DNA of 60,164 bases, filler included, from Nemertoderma westbladi (GCA_032718475.1; 3 parts of 3 records of this genome joined end to end with filler, not necessarily neighbours in it); one strand, 5' to 3'; positions 12,692 to 25,080 are shown, counted from the whole stretch's first letter. Program-made: numbers and translations. The notes: a model not told the origin generated them from the letters alone.

Positions 12692-14520
12692 CCTTCTAAT
12701 TACCGCGAAAAAAAGTTACGTTAAGTACCATGGGGTCGCTAGCGACCCCACCTGCTATATTCCATTTTTGGGTCAACAAAATAAAATAGTTTTTACTGCA
12801 ACACCGGGGTAAAGTGTCAAAAACAGTTAGCATCCGTGTACACAGACCACTCAGAGGTGATCCTTACAAATGGCCTTGCCGCAAGCGCTGCATCGCTCGG
12901 TGGTCTTCCAATCCTGATCTCGAGGGCAGGATTCGCAACGGGCACGCTTCCTCGGTCTTTGGGCATTTCCTGCAGCCAATGGCGGCACGGCCTGCGCACC
13001 AGGTTGCGCCTCCTGGCGGTCCCGCATCATCTTCCCGGCCATCAGCTCGAATGCCAGCTTCTCCAGGTAGAGGCGTCTTCGATGGGATTTTCCTTCCATG
13101 AACTCGGGAAAACAAAACAAGAAGATAACAAAGGAGTTGTAAGCAGCAATGTCGACCAAATTCCCGAAGAACAACTGCGGCCAACATCGGCACTTGCGTT
13201 GACACAAGTACGTGCGCAGAAGCTTGTCCAGCGTGTCCACGGTGGAGAATTATCTCCGGTTTCTTGTCTTGGCGATCCTCGTGAACTTCGGCATCGTGGT
13301 GCTGCGTAGATAAAAGAACCACGTTATTTTTCTTCTTGGGCATGTATGAAACTAGTGTCATGCCATTGTGGAAGGCGAACTTGCTGGACTGAACAGCGCG
13401 AGAACGGACGTCTAGCATAGCAGGAGGCAGAAATCGGCGATTCTTCCTCACGGTGCCACACAAAGTAAGCTGACGATACAGCATTGACTGCGCCAGATCG
13501 TATGAGGTGAAGAAGTTGTCCATTGTGCATCCTCGTCCAGCTCCTGAAAGATGCTCGGTCATCTGCAAGACCACTCTGGATGCTTGTCCAACTTCAGGAC
13601 CGCGTCCAGTCATACCCGTATACAGCTCGAAGTTGGTGAGGTACGCAGTGTCCACATCGCAGCACGCCCAAACCTTCATGCCATACTTCCCAGGTTTTGA
13701 AGGAATATAAACTTTGAACGGGTAGCGGCCTCTGTACACTACCAGCTGTTCGTCCACGCAAACTTGTGCGCCAACTTTGTAGTTGTTGCGGCAGAGGGCA
13801 GCTAACTTGTCATGGAGTACGCGAATCGGCGCCATCTTGTCCCGCTGTCTCTGTTCTTCGCGGTCCGCGCGTGAGTCGAATCGGAGGACACGAGTCAAGA
13901 CTTGAAAGCGGTTCCTTCCCATGCAATTGCCGAAGACCGGGCGGCCACTTTCCCGGTTCCAGAGATGTATCACTGGTTCCGATCTCGCTCGATAAACTCC
14001 TGCCAATAGTATGAGTCCCAGGTAGGCTTGCAACTCAACCCGGTCAATAGGACTCCAAGTCTCCGGGTAAACCCGGCTCCCCTCCTCGTTCGTACACTGT
14101 ATGATAATGTCTAAAATCTCATTCGTGAAAAAGCAGGAAAATGCACCTGCAGGGGTATCTGCCTGCTCCCTAACACGACGAGTTGGCCCAGCAGCTTCGT
14201 CACTCTCGGAAGAACCATCCTGTTCCAGAACGACATCCTCCTCCTCTTGGTTGCTCACGTCGCCGATTTCCTCCTCATTTTCATCATCACTCTCGCTTTC
14301 ATAATTGAGTATGATATCTAGGGCTTGCTGTGCAGTATACCGGATAGACATGTTTTGAGATATATAATAATGGTCGGTAACGGTACCGTTACGGCTGTAC
14401 GGTATCCTACTAGGGCCTATATCTTGCCTGATATCTTTTGTAGGCCTACCTACCACCGTTCCGGTACGTACCGGGCATACGTGGAGTTTAGCGTCGGATT
14501 CAAATTGCCCGTTTTTTTAC
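12692..14520 (-). mobile_element. piggyBac DNA transposon; 3' end present, 5' end not found
   Basis: TTAA at 12688-12691 followed by ccttctaattacc; perfect subterminal palindrome tggggtcgctagcgacccca at 12731-12750; transposase inside. Confidence 0.85.
12827..14351 (-). pseudogene. piggyBac transposase (PGBD4-like), frameshifted
   Basis: VDEQL, YIPSKPGKYGMKVW, MDNFF, GTVRKNR, KKPEII; a deletion/frameshift near 13240 removes YNxTKGG before VDTLD; the Cys-rich domain RCESC...CSACGKAICKDH carries a premature stop at 12851. Confidence 0.92.
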
Positions 14521-15009
14521 TGTTTGAATGGACTTCCCGAAGGGGGTAGGGTTAGTCCCTTGGTTAGGATTGCATTACAACCCTAACCTAGATCTAACAG
14601 TAATCAGGTAATCCTAATTGGGTTGGTGAGCGAAGCAAACGGAGCGAAGCGCCCAAGCCAATAAAAAAAGTCAGAAAGTGATCGGTGAGTAGGCCTACAA
14701 CAAGGTAGGTACTGAACCGGAGCGGAGGTAACCATGAAAGCCACCTCTCTCTTCAGCTCTTGGCTTCTACACGAGGGTAGGCTGAGGCGCCACTGACACA
14801 ACTAATTTCTTTACCCCCGGCACATGGCCGGTACCAATTTACCGACCAATAATTTGGTGACCTATAATCTACATTTCCTCAGATTATGGCTTACTGTATG
14901 CGGATGGGAGGAGTCACTTGTTCGTTAGATATACATAAATATAACGTAGCTAATGTGAGTTGCTAGGGCAATCTGAAAATAACCAGCCAATTCCGCAAAA
15001 GCTTTTACA
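14521..15009 (-). mobile_element. candidate 3' LTR of the BEL/Pao element
   Basis: Minus strand PPT-like TGGGAGCGG (15010-15018) directly followed by TGTAAAAG; putative end ...CAAACA at 14521. No second copy seen. Confidence 0.4.
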
Positions 15010-15112
15010 CCGCTCCCAGAAAATGGGATTTAATTCTATAAAATATAAAAAATCACAGTTTCTAAAATATAAAAATACTCTAAACAGTTAGTTTTTCTTG
15101 CGCGGACGGCGT

Positions 15113-16447
15113 TTACGCAGTTTTTTGGAGGCTAGCAAGAGTCCTTTTCTCTTTGGGGCGAGCCACTTTACTAGGAGGGCTGTAATTCCTGGGTGAAGGG
15201 TGCAATACAATTGCATCAGAAGGTTTAGGGTTACGGTCGATGTCCCGTCCATTTCGATATGCTTCTCCTCGAGCTGATTTTCCTCCGCTTATCATTGGAT
15301 GCGTTCGTCCAAAACTCTTGCAGAGAATAGGGTCGTCCAAGTTCGATATCTTCTTAGAAATTCTGAATTTCCTGATCGAACTGAGATTAAGTTAATTCGT
15401 TTACCGCTTGGACTTGCTGCTGCAATTTATGTGTCTCTAAACAATTGTAGGTTCATTTTCCGCTCTGTTGACGAATAGCGTCCAACGCGTTTCGTACAAC
15501 TCTCTCCTCCGCCTCGGTGACAGGTTGTATCGGGTTAAACAGGGACGATGATACGGTTGAATGACGATATTAGATGTCCGCGTCCCAATCCGACTAGGTA
15601 AGATGGGCAAATATTTAGGGAGCCCACAACCGGAGTGCCACCGACTAACTGTTCGGGTAACACTAGATCTTTGAACAGTGAGTACAGTTCGGGAGGATCC
15701 GTGATACTATTAGGATCAAGAGTCTGAGGTCTAACTAGGGAATGAGGAGGTCTGACCGAGTATTCCGGAACTCTGATCATAGGTTTATTTAAGGATTGTT
15801 TGAATCGAGCGAGCGTAGGTGATACATCGAACAAGTTTCGCTCGAAACTCCCGTAAATATAGCGAGTAAAACCGTGTTGAAAGCAACGTCTCTACGGATG
15901 TTTATGTCTTTCCGTTTCTAGGTTGGGTCTTGGGCATTCATTGCAATAATACCAAAGACACACGTCTTGTAGGGGAAACGCGGGTGATATTTATTCGGTT
16001 TTACAACGTTTCTCTCAGGAATTCCAAATATACGTTGGAAGTACCGCGTTTATCCGGTTCTTTAACGTCTTCTCTTTCGAGTCGATTTCGAATAGAAGTT
16101 TCACATTCGATTCTCAATTTATCGTTCCGACTCCGCTGGGTATGATATTTAAATAGGACCATTTCCCTTTCGGTGTCGATATCGTCCGTATCGTGTAAAT
16201 CGATAGGATGACCAGTAGTTAAGAAGTCCATATACGTACAATTACGATGCGTATAGCGAGCGGTGAATTTTCTATAGTCCAATTCACGCGTAAGTTGCTC
16301 CTGGGACATTGGCGGTTCGATATAACGACCATCGTCCTCTGTAGTAGTTGGACCAGCGTCGCCGCGTATCAAGCTATCAACAAACGCTTGTAAAGGTAGA
16401 ATATATCGCTCCCTGATACCAAGATCATCTTCTATCAACTCAGTCAT
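15113..16447 (-). pseudogene. unknown ORF segments downstream of Gag-PR (16001..16447, 15535..15834, 15113..15340)
   Basis: Three same-strand ORFs of coding-like composition between the Gag-PR stop and the PPT-like motif; no recognisable domain. Confidence 0.4.
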
Positions 16448-16665
16448 ATCTGCTATATGAGTTTATCAATATTATAATGAGTTTATATTTAGGCTAGCGG
16501 GCGTCGCTGCCTACCCCTCTCGGCCCCCGGACAGCGCAAGATCCTCAGCGCTGGTGTACTTTCGCCGATGTGCCTATCGCCAACGTCGTAGCTGCACAAC
16601 GACAACAACAACCAGCGCGAGTCACTCCACTGTCCGTCCCAAAGGCTTAGATTTACTTCAGGTTC

Positions 16666-19542
16666 TTACTGGAGTGACGGTGTCTCCCTGGCAATGTGTA
16701 ATACAGACAGATCTATCACGGGTTTAAATAACCTTGATTTACTCGTCCGGGTTTTAGGTTTGACTTTCTCCGCCCCCTTGGCTTGTCTAATCTCAGCCGT
16801 GGTAAGATGGGGAGGCCATTCATCTTCTTTACTTAGGAAGTCGGGTCCACCTAACCAGTCTGGAGTATCTGTCTGTTCTTGAGGAGTCGCACCTCTGGAA
16901 GCGATGTCGGCTAGATTAATCGTATCGGGGCAATGTCTCCATTGATCTACATTGGAGTTAATATCATCATTATCTGAGGAGTATGGTGTTCCCTCAGTTG
17001 GGTCGTCTAACTCACTGCTCTCCACTTCCCATTCTCTTACTTGATATACCTGATCTTTCGGTAATCTTTCCATGAGAGTTCTACGGGAAGGGCCAGTAAA
17101 GTACCAACCCACTCTAGTTCTTCCCGCATAAGCTTGTAGTGGTTGCGGTTGAGCAGGCCGTTTCTCCAATGTCTCGAGCGCTTCATGCGCGTTTTGACCG
17201 ATGAGTATTTGCACTCCAGGGTAATCGGTGTTGAATCTAGGTATATCAAGCTGCTGGGTGAAATCGTCCTCATCCCAGTTATAAGGTTCCACTTGGCTGG
17301 TAGCGAAGTTCTTTATCGCCACCATTTTTACTGATCTTATGCTGTGTTCTCCTAGTTCATCCTGGGGGGTGGACAACGCACCTACGTAATAATCCGCTAT
17401 TACTGTAGATTTCCAAACCTGCATAATTCCTGACATGTTTAGCTTAGTTCGGAACTTGGGTTGTCCAGCAAAGATGTCTTCAGCTAGTTCTTTGTCGATG
17501 AATGTTCCTGTGCTACCGGAGTCAAGGAGGGCATTCACTATATAACTCCTTGTAGGTCCGTGGACCCTTAACTGTACTACAGGAAATTCTCGGATTCCTA
17601 CATTGGAAGTTGGTGCTTTCCAAGATGGTTGTCTGTCAGAAGTAGTTAGGGTGAGCTCGCTGTCGGTGTCCTTTTCATACGTAAGTGCTCGATACACTGC
17701 GGTATTTAACATGTAACAGGATTCATCTTCATCGGAGAATTCATCCGTATAGAATCCTTCCATCTCAGAACTTTGGTCAGTGTCGTTCACATCACTGAAT
17801 TGGACATGTAGGTCGGAATCACTTACCTGACTCTGGCTGTTTCGCTCGAATTCAGTGTGCAACAAGATATGATGTTTTGCACCGCACTTTGCACACCTGG
17901 TGTCGGAGTAACAGGTTCGCCGTTGGTGTCCTCGTCTGAGGCAATTATAACACAACCGCTTATCCCACATGACTTCACGTCTATCCTTTAGTGATTTCCT
18001 AAGGAATTCATAACACGCACTTAAACGGTGGGGCCCGTCGCACAGCACACATTTTGGTTTGATGTTACTTACCTTACTTTGGGTAACGTTGTGCACACTC
18101 GTTCTTTCCTCGGGCTTTCTTACATGAATTCTCTTAGGAGACGTAGGAAGAGTTTTTCTTACCTGTTCTCTCCTGTCATTGGTTCGAGACTTGAATTTAC
18201 TTACGTCCTTAGGCGTTTTGTTGTCATAGTAAGATCTTTCAGTGTCTTTCCCGCTGTCTTCCTCTTGAGAAGCCTGGCTTTCGCCGTCGTCTGTATAATA
18301 CACTGGTATTACCTTTCTCCTAGAAACGGGTTTCTCACTTACCTTATTTTCCGGTGTCTTCTCTCTGGACTGCTTTAGGAGCTGTAATTTTACCTCTCCA
18401 TCTAAGAATGACATGAGATCAGCCATGGTAGGATCTCTTCGTTGTTGTTCCATCATATACAACACTGTCTTGTCCCAGCGTGTACCTACTCCACCCTTGG
18501 GCAAATTAGATGCTAAGGCTCCTACAACCATAGAATTCTGGTATTCATGAGACTTACCTAACCAATCTAGTTGTCTACAGATCTCCTGTATCTCGTCAGA
18601 AAACTCTATAATCCCGCTGCTAAGAAACTTTCGGGGCGCCATTAATTTCGCATATAAATACCTAGCTATGTTAGTCCTATTACCATACCTGATGTTCAGT
18701 GTATCCCAAACTTGTCTTAATCCATCTGGATGTCCAATAAACTTTAACGCCATTAACTTGGGAGATCCTTCCAAGCACTCGATAAGGAATCTAAGTTTCT
18801 CTCCATTAGATAGCACAGAGTTCTGTACGTTATCTTTGTAATATTCATTAAAAGGTAACCATTTCATCTCATCTCCATTGAACTTGACGATCTCTCCCAC
18901 CTTTACCGCTTGACGGGCTTCGGTTCTAGCCATTTGACGCGTAAAACCTTCTTGGGCCATCGTGTTATTTAATATCGAGTTATCGGTATATAAATCTCTC
19001 GGATTATTATCAAGTCTATATGGAATATCATTGTCAACAGGTTTATAATTACCCTTAATAGGGTTTACTATAGGAGTTTCCACTTCGCTAGCAGTATAGA
19101 TGCGTGTAGGCTCCACATCGTGCGCATGAAATACTTCAGACCTAACAGGTTGACACATTGTTACAGGGGGTGGTGGTATACCCTTTTGTGTATTTACTAA
19201 TTTATCGCGTTCTAACGCGATACTTTGCTGCACTTCTTGCAACTCTAACCTACTTTTCCTTACTGTGCCCTTGAACTGCTTAACAGTCTCCTGCATCTGC
19301 CCGAGCAGGAGATCCATCCCCCGCCGTCTCTCATCCACCCACTCGACCGCCGAAGCGGGAGCCGCCAACGTTGTAGCGGGCGGACGAGGGACAACGGGCG
19401 ACAAATCATTAATATTTCGCTCAGAGTCCAGGACATGAACTGTCTCTTGGGCTGTTCTGCTGGGCACAGGTAGCTTAGTGCTATGCATGTCAAAGTCGAT
19501 TTTAACAATGTGATTTCTCAGAAGGATGGAACAACTTTGCAT
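16666..19542 (-). CDS. BEL/Pao Gag-aspartic protease polyprotein fused to an RNase H C-terminal remnant; no RT or integrase
   Basis: 958-aa open frame: DUF1759-like KFNGDEMKWLPF...EKLRFLIECLEGSP, three Zn knuckles (CVLCDGPH...C, CYNCLRRGH...C, CAKCGAKHHILLH), ALLDSGS, AGRTRVGWYFTGP, then WRHCPDTINLADIASRG...WLGGPDFL. Confidence 0.92.
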   Translation of the reverse strand: MQSCSILLRNHIVKIDFDMHSTKLPVPSRTAQETVHVLDSERNINDLSPVVPRPPATTLAAPASAVEWVDERRRGMDLLLGQMQETVKQFKGTVRKSRLELQEVQQSIALERDKLVNTQKGIPPPPVTMCQPVRSEVFHAHDVEPTRIYTASEVETPIVNPIKGNYKPVDNDIPYRLDNNPRDLYTDNSILNNTMAQEGFTRQMARTEARQAVKVGEIVKFNGDEMKWLPFNEYYKDNVQNSVLSNGEKLRFLIECLEGSPKLMALKFIGHPDGLRQVWDTLNIRYGNRTNIARYLYAKLMAPRKFLSSGIIEFSDEIQEICRQLDWLGKSHEYQNSMVVGALASNLPKGGVGTRWDKTVLYMMEQQRRDPTMADLMSFLDGEVKLQLLKQSREKTPENKVSEKPVSRRKVIPVYYTDDGESQASQEEDSGKDTERSYYDNKTPKDVSKFKSRTNDRREQVRKTLPTSPKRIHVRKPEERTSVHNVTQSKVSNIKPKCVLCDGPHRLSACYEFLRKSLKDRREVMWDKRLCYNCLRRGHQRRTCYSDTRCAKCGAKHHILLHTEFERNSQSQVSDSDLHVQFSDVNDTDQSSEMEGFYTDEFSDEDESCYMLNTAVYRALTYEKDTDSELTLTTSDRQPSWKAPTSNVGIREFPVVQLRVHGPTRSYIVNALLDSGSTGTFIDKELAEDIFAGQPKFRTKLNMSGIMQVWKSTVIADYYVGALSTPQDELGEHSIRSVKMVAIKNFATSQVEPYNWDEDDFTQQLDIPRFNTDYPGVQILIGQNAHEALETLEKRPAQPQPLQAYAGRTRVGWYFTGPSRRTLMERLPKDQVYQVREWEVESSELDDPTEGTPYSSDNDDINSNVDQWRHCPDTINLADIASRGATPQEQTDTPDWLGGPDFLSKEDEWPPHLTTAEIRQAKGAEKVKPKTRTSKSRLFKPVIDLSVLHIARETPSLQ

Positions 19543-20082
19543 GGCTGCGATTACGCAATAAAGGGGGTCATGCTGTCATGGGCGTTGTAACTTGAATTCG
19601 AGAAAACTATCTCGCTCACAAACGGATAAATGGTGTCTATAATTGAGGTCAATGAACTTGCTACCTAGGCTGCTAGGCCTATCTAACGTGGGAGGTTATT
19701 ATGATATCAAGCTTTAATTAGGTTATACCCAAGAGGTTTATAAATAACTCCAAAAACTCACCGGATTGATAATAATCGGCCCCCAACCTAGGAGCTGTCT
19801 CCAGTAATAATTATTGTGGTTCAATAATATCGCTGTATCGGCAATAGGCCTGATAGGCAGATAGGTCTATAGCAATAAGCACCAACATCAACAACCAAAC
19901 TCTTGGAATATTGAAATATATCCGAAAGTAGGGCGAGATAACAGTTTGTAGGGGTTTGGACCCTACAAACGCTGTGTTTCAGAATTTCAAATGCCCCAAT
20001 AATCCATCCTTGAGCTGTACACGGTACAGACGGTACATGGTACCGCTATCACAAGTAAAGGTTGACTGACACGGTCAGACGG

Positions 20083-20443
20083 GCAATTGAAAGTGATGAC
20101 TGCAGACTGACACAGTCAGATGTACAAAGTATGTATAAAGTAATGAATGCAGAACGGTCAGACTGTACAAAGTATGTATAAAGTTAATGAATGCAGACTG
20201 ACACGGTCAGACTGTACAAAGTATGTATAAAGTAATGAATGCAGACTGACACAGTCAGACTGTACAAAGTATGTATAAAGTAATGAATGCAGACTGACAC
20301 GGTCAGACTGTGCGAAGTATGTATAAAGTTAATGAATGCAGACTGACACGGTCAGACTGTACAAAGAAAGTATACATATACAGTATAACTATTCTCATCA
20401 GACTGTACAAAGAAAGTATACATATACAGTATAACTATTCTCA
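20083..20443. repeat. about 48-bp tandem repeat, about 6 copies, plus a 42-bp duplication
   Basis: gactgacacggtcagactgtacaaagtatgtataaagtaatgaatgca repeated. Confidence 0.9.
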
Positions 20444-22138
20444 AAGTTATATCTGGAGGAAAATACAGTATAAAATGTAGACATTTCATCTCATGTGGTA
20501 GGGCAATCTATCTATAAACAAATTATCTTGGTTTTTTACATCAATGATACTAAAAACACAGCGCCAATTTGCCTGTGGACCAACATCGGCAAACCGCCGT
20601 TGACACCGCTCCCTATAGCCTAGTACTGATAGGCTATATACAATTGATGGACCACAGCAAATTGCTACATAAAAATACGCAAAAATAATAATCAAATATC
20701 GAAACAAAGGGAACACGAAACAAACAAACAAAACAAACAAAAAAAAAATATATCCAGATAATGAATGATATCAAACATACTACTGATGTTAAACATCTAA
20801 TATACTTTCTAATAATACTAAACTAAATATTTAGGCTTCATCAATAACAATAAAGAACAGATTAACAGCACAAATATACACATATAAAAAAAAATATAGA
20901 AAAATTGGAGACTTGGAGAAAACCACTAGGTTGGCTGACCCTATTATATTACGTATTATAATTAAATTGCACGACTATAATTGCATATCATAGATTGCAT
21001 ATATATATATAAATTAGATATATTACAAATATTGGGAATTTTATGTAAGATAGCACGTTTCTGAAGGTGCGGCAAATGGTGTAGTAGAGGTGCAACCCTG
21101 ATGGAACAATTACCAGACCCAACATCGAACATAAAATTTCTTGTCTTCTGTTTAAGAATAAACCTTTTGGAAAATCGCGTATTCCATTATTCACGTATAT
21201 AGTTCAAAGCTATCGTTTATTGTATAGGCCTATATATCTGGTAAATGGCCCAAACTCCCCCAATGAATCCTCTTTACACCACTGAAAGCGAGCAGTGAAA
21301 CTAACAACGAAAACGTATATAAATCGCGACCATTCATCATAAAGCACTTTAGGAAGCGATCAAACGACCCGATGACTATGGCTATGACTCAAGTCAAGGT
21401 GGTGTATTGGGCTGGCGCACACGGTGGTTCAAGGTGGACATAAGCATTTAGAAATCCACATGCGCATCCAAATCCAAATATAGATACGGTAGGATTCTTG
21501 AGAGAGGATAGCTCCTAGAGCAGGTAGTCTCGTATCCGAAACCGCGTTAAGTCTAAAGAAGCCAGAAGAAGTCGAGGAGGATGAGGAGTCGACTTCCGGT
21601 AGAACCACATAACGTTCCTGGAGCATTCCAGGCAAGAAAGCCAACTAAATCGCACCAGTGATTTAAGCGAGCAACCTCAAGAGCTGTTTAACTAAAGCTT
21701 GTTACTGGACTAGTCCAGCCGTTTAATAATTTTAAATATTTGCACAACTTAAGGTTAAGCAAATATATCTGTAACTTAAGGTTACAGAAGTAATGTATCT
21801 AAGGAAGTTTTAAATCATAGGAGCATCTTTTCAAATGCAACTATAATTTAAATTTTTAATGAACAATAACTCCAATTATAATGACCCAAAAAAAAAAGAA
21901 ATTTAGGGTAAGAAATTTATAAAAAACAGATGCAATGAAAGTAATCTTGGGTAGTATTTCCGCTCCCAAAATTGTCATTGAGTAAAATTTTCTCTATTTT
22001 CTATTTTAGTGATATTACAGTAGCTACAGTACAGACAATAGAAATAGTACCTACACATATTACTTAACCAACTACTTAATAGGGCCTAAGTAATTTATAT
22101 GTACATTTACGAATGAAGGGCTGAGTTAGAAGGATGAC

Positions 22139-23584
22139 CTAAGCCTTCTGTTTCAGTACTTTTGGGGAATCCCCATAATTACCATGGTGGCCTCTGGCCA
22201 ACTCAAGTAATACTAAGCGTTGGATAGGGCGCTTCAATATCGAGCCATTCGAAAGTTTAAGGGTAACAGAACGGACAAGTCCATCTTCACTAGGGTGGAC
22301 TTCAAGCACACGGGCCAGAAGCCACTTGTGGCGTGGGACATTTGGTTCATCAATGATAACAAGGTCATCAATGGAAATATTAGTAGCTTGGGCAAACCAC
22401 TTGTTTCGCATTTGAAGAGTTGGAAGGTAGTGAGTCTTCCAAACTCCCCAGAAAGTATCAACATGTAAGGCAACTGCCTTGTAATAGGATTTCAAATAGC
22501 AAGCAGAATGATCACTATCATCATGATGCTCGTAAACTTGAAGAGATGAAGGACGGGGATTAAGGAAGTGGGCTGGGGTAAGAGCTTCCCCAGCATCTGG
22601 ATCATTGGAAATACGAACCAATGGTTGATGGTTTATGGAGTCCGCAATCTCCATTAGTAGTGTTCGGAACATTTCATCAGAAAAGTCTCGCGGAGAAGGA
22701 AGGATTGTCATCAGAGCTGCTTTAATTGAGTGGATGAGTCTTTCGTATGCCCCACCATACCAGGGCGCATGAGGTGGGTTGAATTTCCATGGTTGAGAGG
22801 ATATCTGGAACCCAGCTAGCACCTGATGGAAGGTAGACTCATTCCAGTCCTCAATGAGGTTACGAAGTTCTTGGGCTGCAGCAATGAAATTACTACCACA
22901 ATCAGATCGGTATTGTATTGCACCACCTGTGGATGCAACAAAACGTCTAAGGCATAACATGAAACTCTCCATGTCGGGGCGATCAACACCATCGAGATAG
23001 ACAGCACGGATGGTAAAGCATGTAAAGATAATAGCCCACTGCTTATAGGTTCGATATCCCCTGCGGACATGGAATGGACCGAACATGTCTACACCAGTTG
23101 AAGTGAAGGCATGTTTACCCACTTGGAGACGCTCTGGGGGTAAGTTAGCCTCAAGTTGGCTGCAAGGGCGAGCAAATAACTTTGATAAGCAATGATAAGC
23201 AATGGTCGAGAATTGACCGCAAAGATCTCCAGGGCCGCACCAGATAATAGTGTTTCCGCAAATCAGTCAAAATAAACTCTTGTCCAGCATGATGATTGAG
23301 TTGGTGAGAGTCATAAATAAGACCACGCATAATATCAGGATCAGAAAGGATAAGGGAAACTGTTGGTCATAGGTGGAATAGATACCAGAAGTCCGGCTCC
23401 CAACTCGCATGAGACCATTATGCATTACAGCATGGAACTTGTCAGGGATAAATGTCTGCTGTAAAGTCTGTAACTTATGATATTTCTCTGGAACAGAGCG
23501 GAGTTGGATGAAACGCAATAGCTGACGTCTTGTGCTGGCTAAAGCAAGAGGTTCAGGGTGAGGTATTCCCTTAAATGAAACCAT
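22139..23584 (-). pseudogene. BEL/Pao integrase with upstream pol fragment
   Basis: FTSTGVDMFGP, IFTCFTIRAVYL, SDCGSNF, WKFNPPHAPWYGGAYERL, LTPAHFL and DUF5641-like W..YLPTLQ.R.KW...DGLVRSV...RPIQRL; the upstream HHCC region is frameshifted. Confidence 0.93.
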
Positions 23585-23639
23585 TTTCTTGAGGTTAGGT
23601 CTTATGGTTGTAACATTTGTGTAGATCGTTGATGAATTC

Positions 23640-24330
23640 TTATACGACTACATTATCCCCTCTAGGTGCTACGAATCTTTGTTTATATGGAATGGCTAAT
23701 TGCTTATGCCGGAGCTTCCCGTGTATCACTACACCCACGTTGGAGTTTAACCTCCCTCCACATTGATCTCTGCTCGATACAGGCGAAATATCCCCTATAT
23801 TCCCATTTCCCGTTCCTATGTTTGTTATATTCCTTACCATACCGGGTTGATTTGGTGTTGATGAGAGGATGTCGACTGATCCGTCCTCCCCCCCTTGTCC
23901 TCCTTATAATGCGCTCCCTGGTTGACGAATAATCTTCTCGGTTCACACAAGTCCCTTCCCCGGAAAGTACTAATGCGGGTAGCGCATATATATGCGCTCC
24001 CACTCCCTCGATCTCTAGCCCTCCTCCTTGGTTGAACAACGTAACCCACATTCTCCAGCGTAGCGACGAAGGACACTTCCCGTTGTTCCGGCCCCCGTTC
24101 CGTCAATATACGTGCCTCCCCTCCCTGTACCGGTATCGTATCTTCTAAATGCTCCCGTCTACGCACAACGTTTCTTAACTTGGATCCCAATTTAGATACA
24201 CTGGTGTGCGCATCGATTAAATCCGTTAAACCCCTTTCCCTTACCGGGACGTAACCAAATCCCAAACTTAAAATTTCCCTCTGTTCCTCAGTAATATCCA
24301 CAGAGGATAAGTTCACTACGTTATTTACCA
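23640..24330 (-). pseudogene. Penelope-like element ORF, N-terminal fragment
   Basis: NVVNLSSVDITEEQREILSLGFGYVP matches the V.NLS...Lt..e..lL.lGl.f.P motif that precedes Penelope RT; no RT core seen. Confidence 0.5.
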
Positions 24331-24387
24331 GACCCGCTTTCCCACTAGTAGACTCCCCCCCCCCCCTTCCGGGCCCCCCGCGATACC

Positions 24388-25080
24388 CCTATATTCGTCG
24401 TGAACAGGATAGACGAGATAAGGGCAACGACTGACCTAGAAAGGTGGCATTACTCCCCTACTGACGACAACCCAGCAGATCTGTTATCGAGGGGCGTTGT
24501 ATGCCACACTTTCTCAAAGAAGGAAGAGTTGTGGCAGCACGGGCCACACTTCCTTAGCGATAGATCGGCCTGGCCACCAATGAAGAAGGTGGACCCAGGC
24601 TTAGAGGAAGTAGTAGCAGAAGAGGAGGGGGAGGATTCAGAAGGGGAAGAGATATACAGCCAGTTGTTGAGGGAGATCAAGGAAGTGCCTCCAAAAACAG
24701 AAGAACCATGCGATTTTCCAACGGATAGGTTGCTCAGTTTACAGCTCCAGCTGGTACAAGACTCAGAAGTTGGTAGCGTATTGTGGTAGAGTATGGTAGC
24801 GGGGATTTCCTCAGGGGAGTTGGCAAGGAGCCAACCATCGACCTGGAAGAAGCAGCTAAAGCCGTAATACAATATGAGCAGGGAAATGGGTACGCCGGCG
24901 AAGTGGACAGAATCAGCAAGCAACAACATCTTCGTCGAGACAGCGAACTCAACATGTTGTCCCAGCAGTTAAATGAAGATCGGATTCTGGTGATGAATTC
25001 CAGGGTGGTGAACAACAACAGCTTAGTTATCCCACCGAAACCCATAATAATCCCCAATAAATCACCAATAGCCAATCCAG
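24388..25080 (+). pseudogene. BEL/Pao pol fragment (RNase H C-terminus and linker)
   Basis: FVVNRIDEIR...WHYSPTDDNPADLLSRG...LWQHGPHFL...WP, then EEAAKAVIQYEQ...PIIIPNKSP after a frameshift. Confidence 0.88.

Noticed and set aside
12864-14456. 530-aa ORF as an intact piggyBac transposase
   Set aside because: The C-terminal part is out of frame after about 13240; the third catalytic Asp and the Cys-rich domain are in ORF 12851..13240.
21640-21960. 5' LTR and primer-binding site (TGGTGCG at about 21651-21657) for the Gag-PR element
   Set aside because: No similarity to the candidate LTR at 14521-15009, and the tRNA complementarity is too short.
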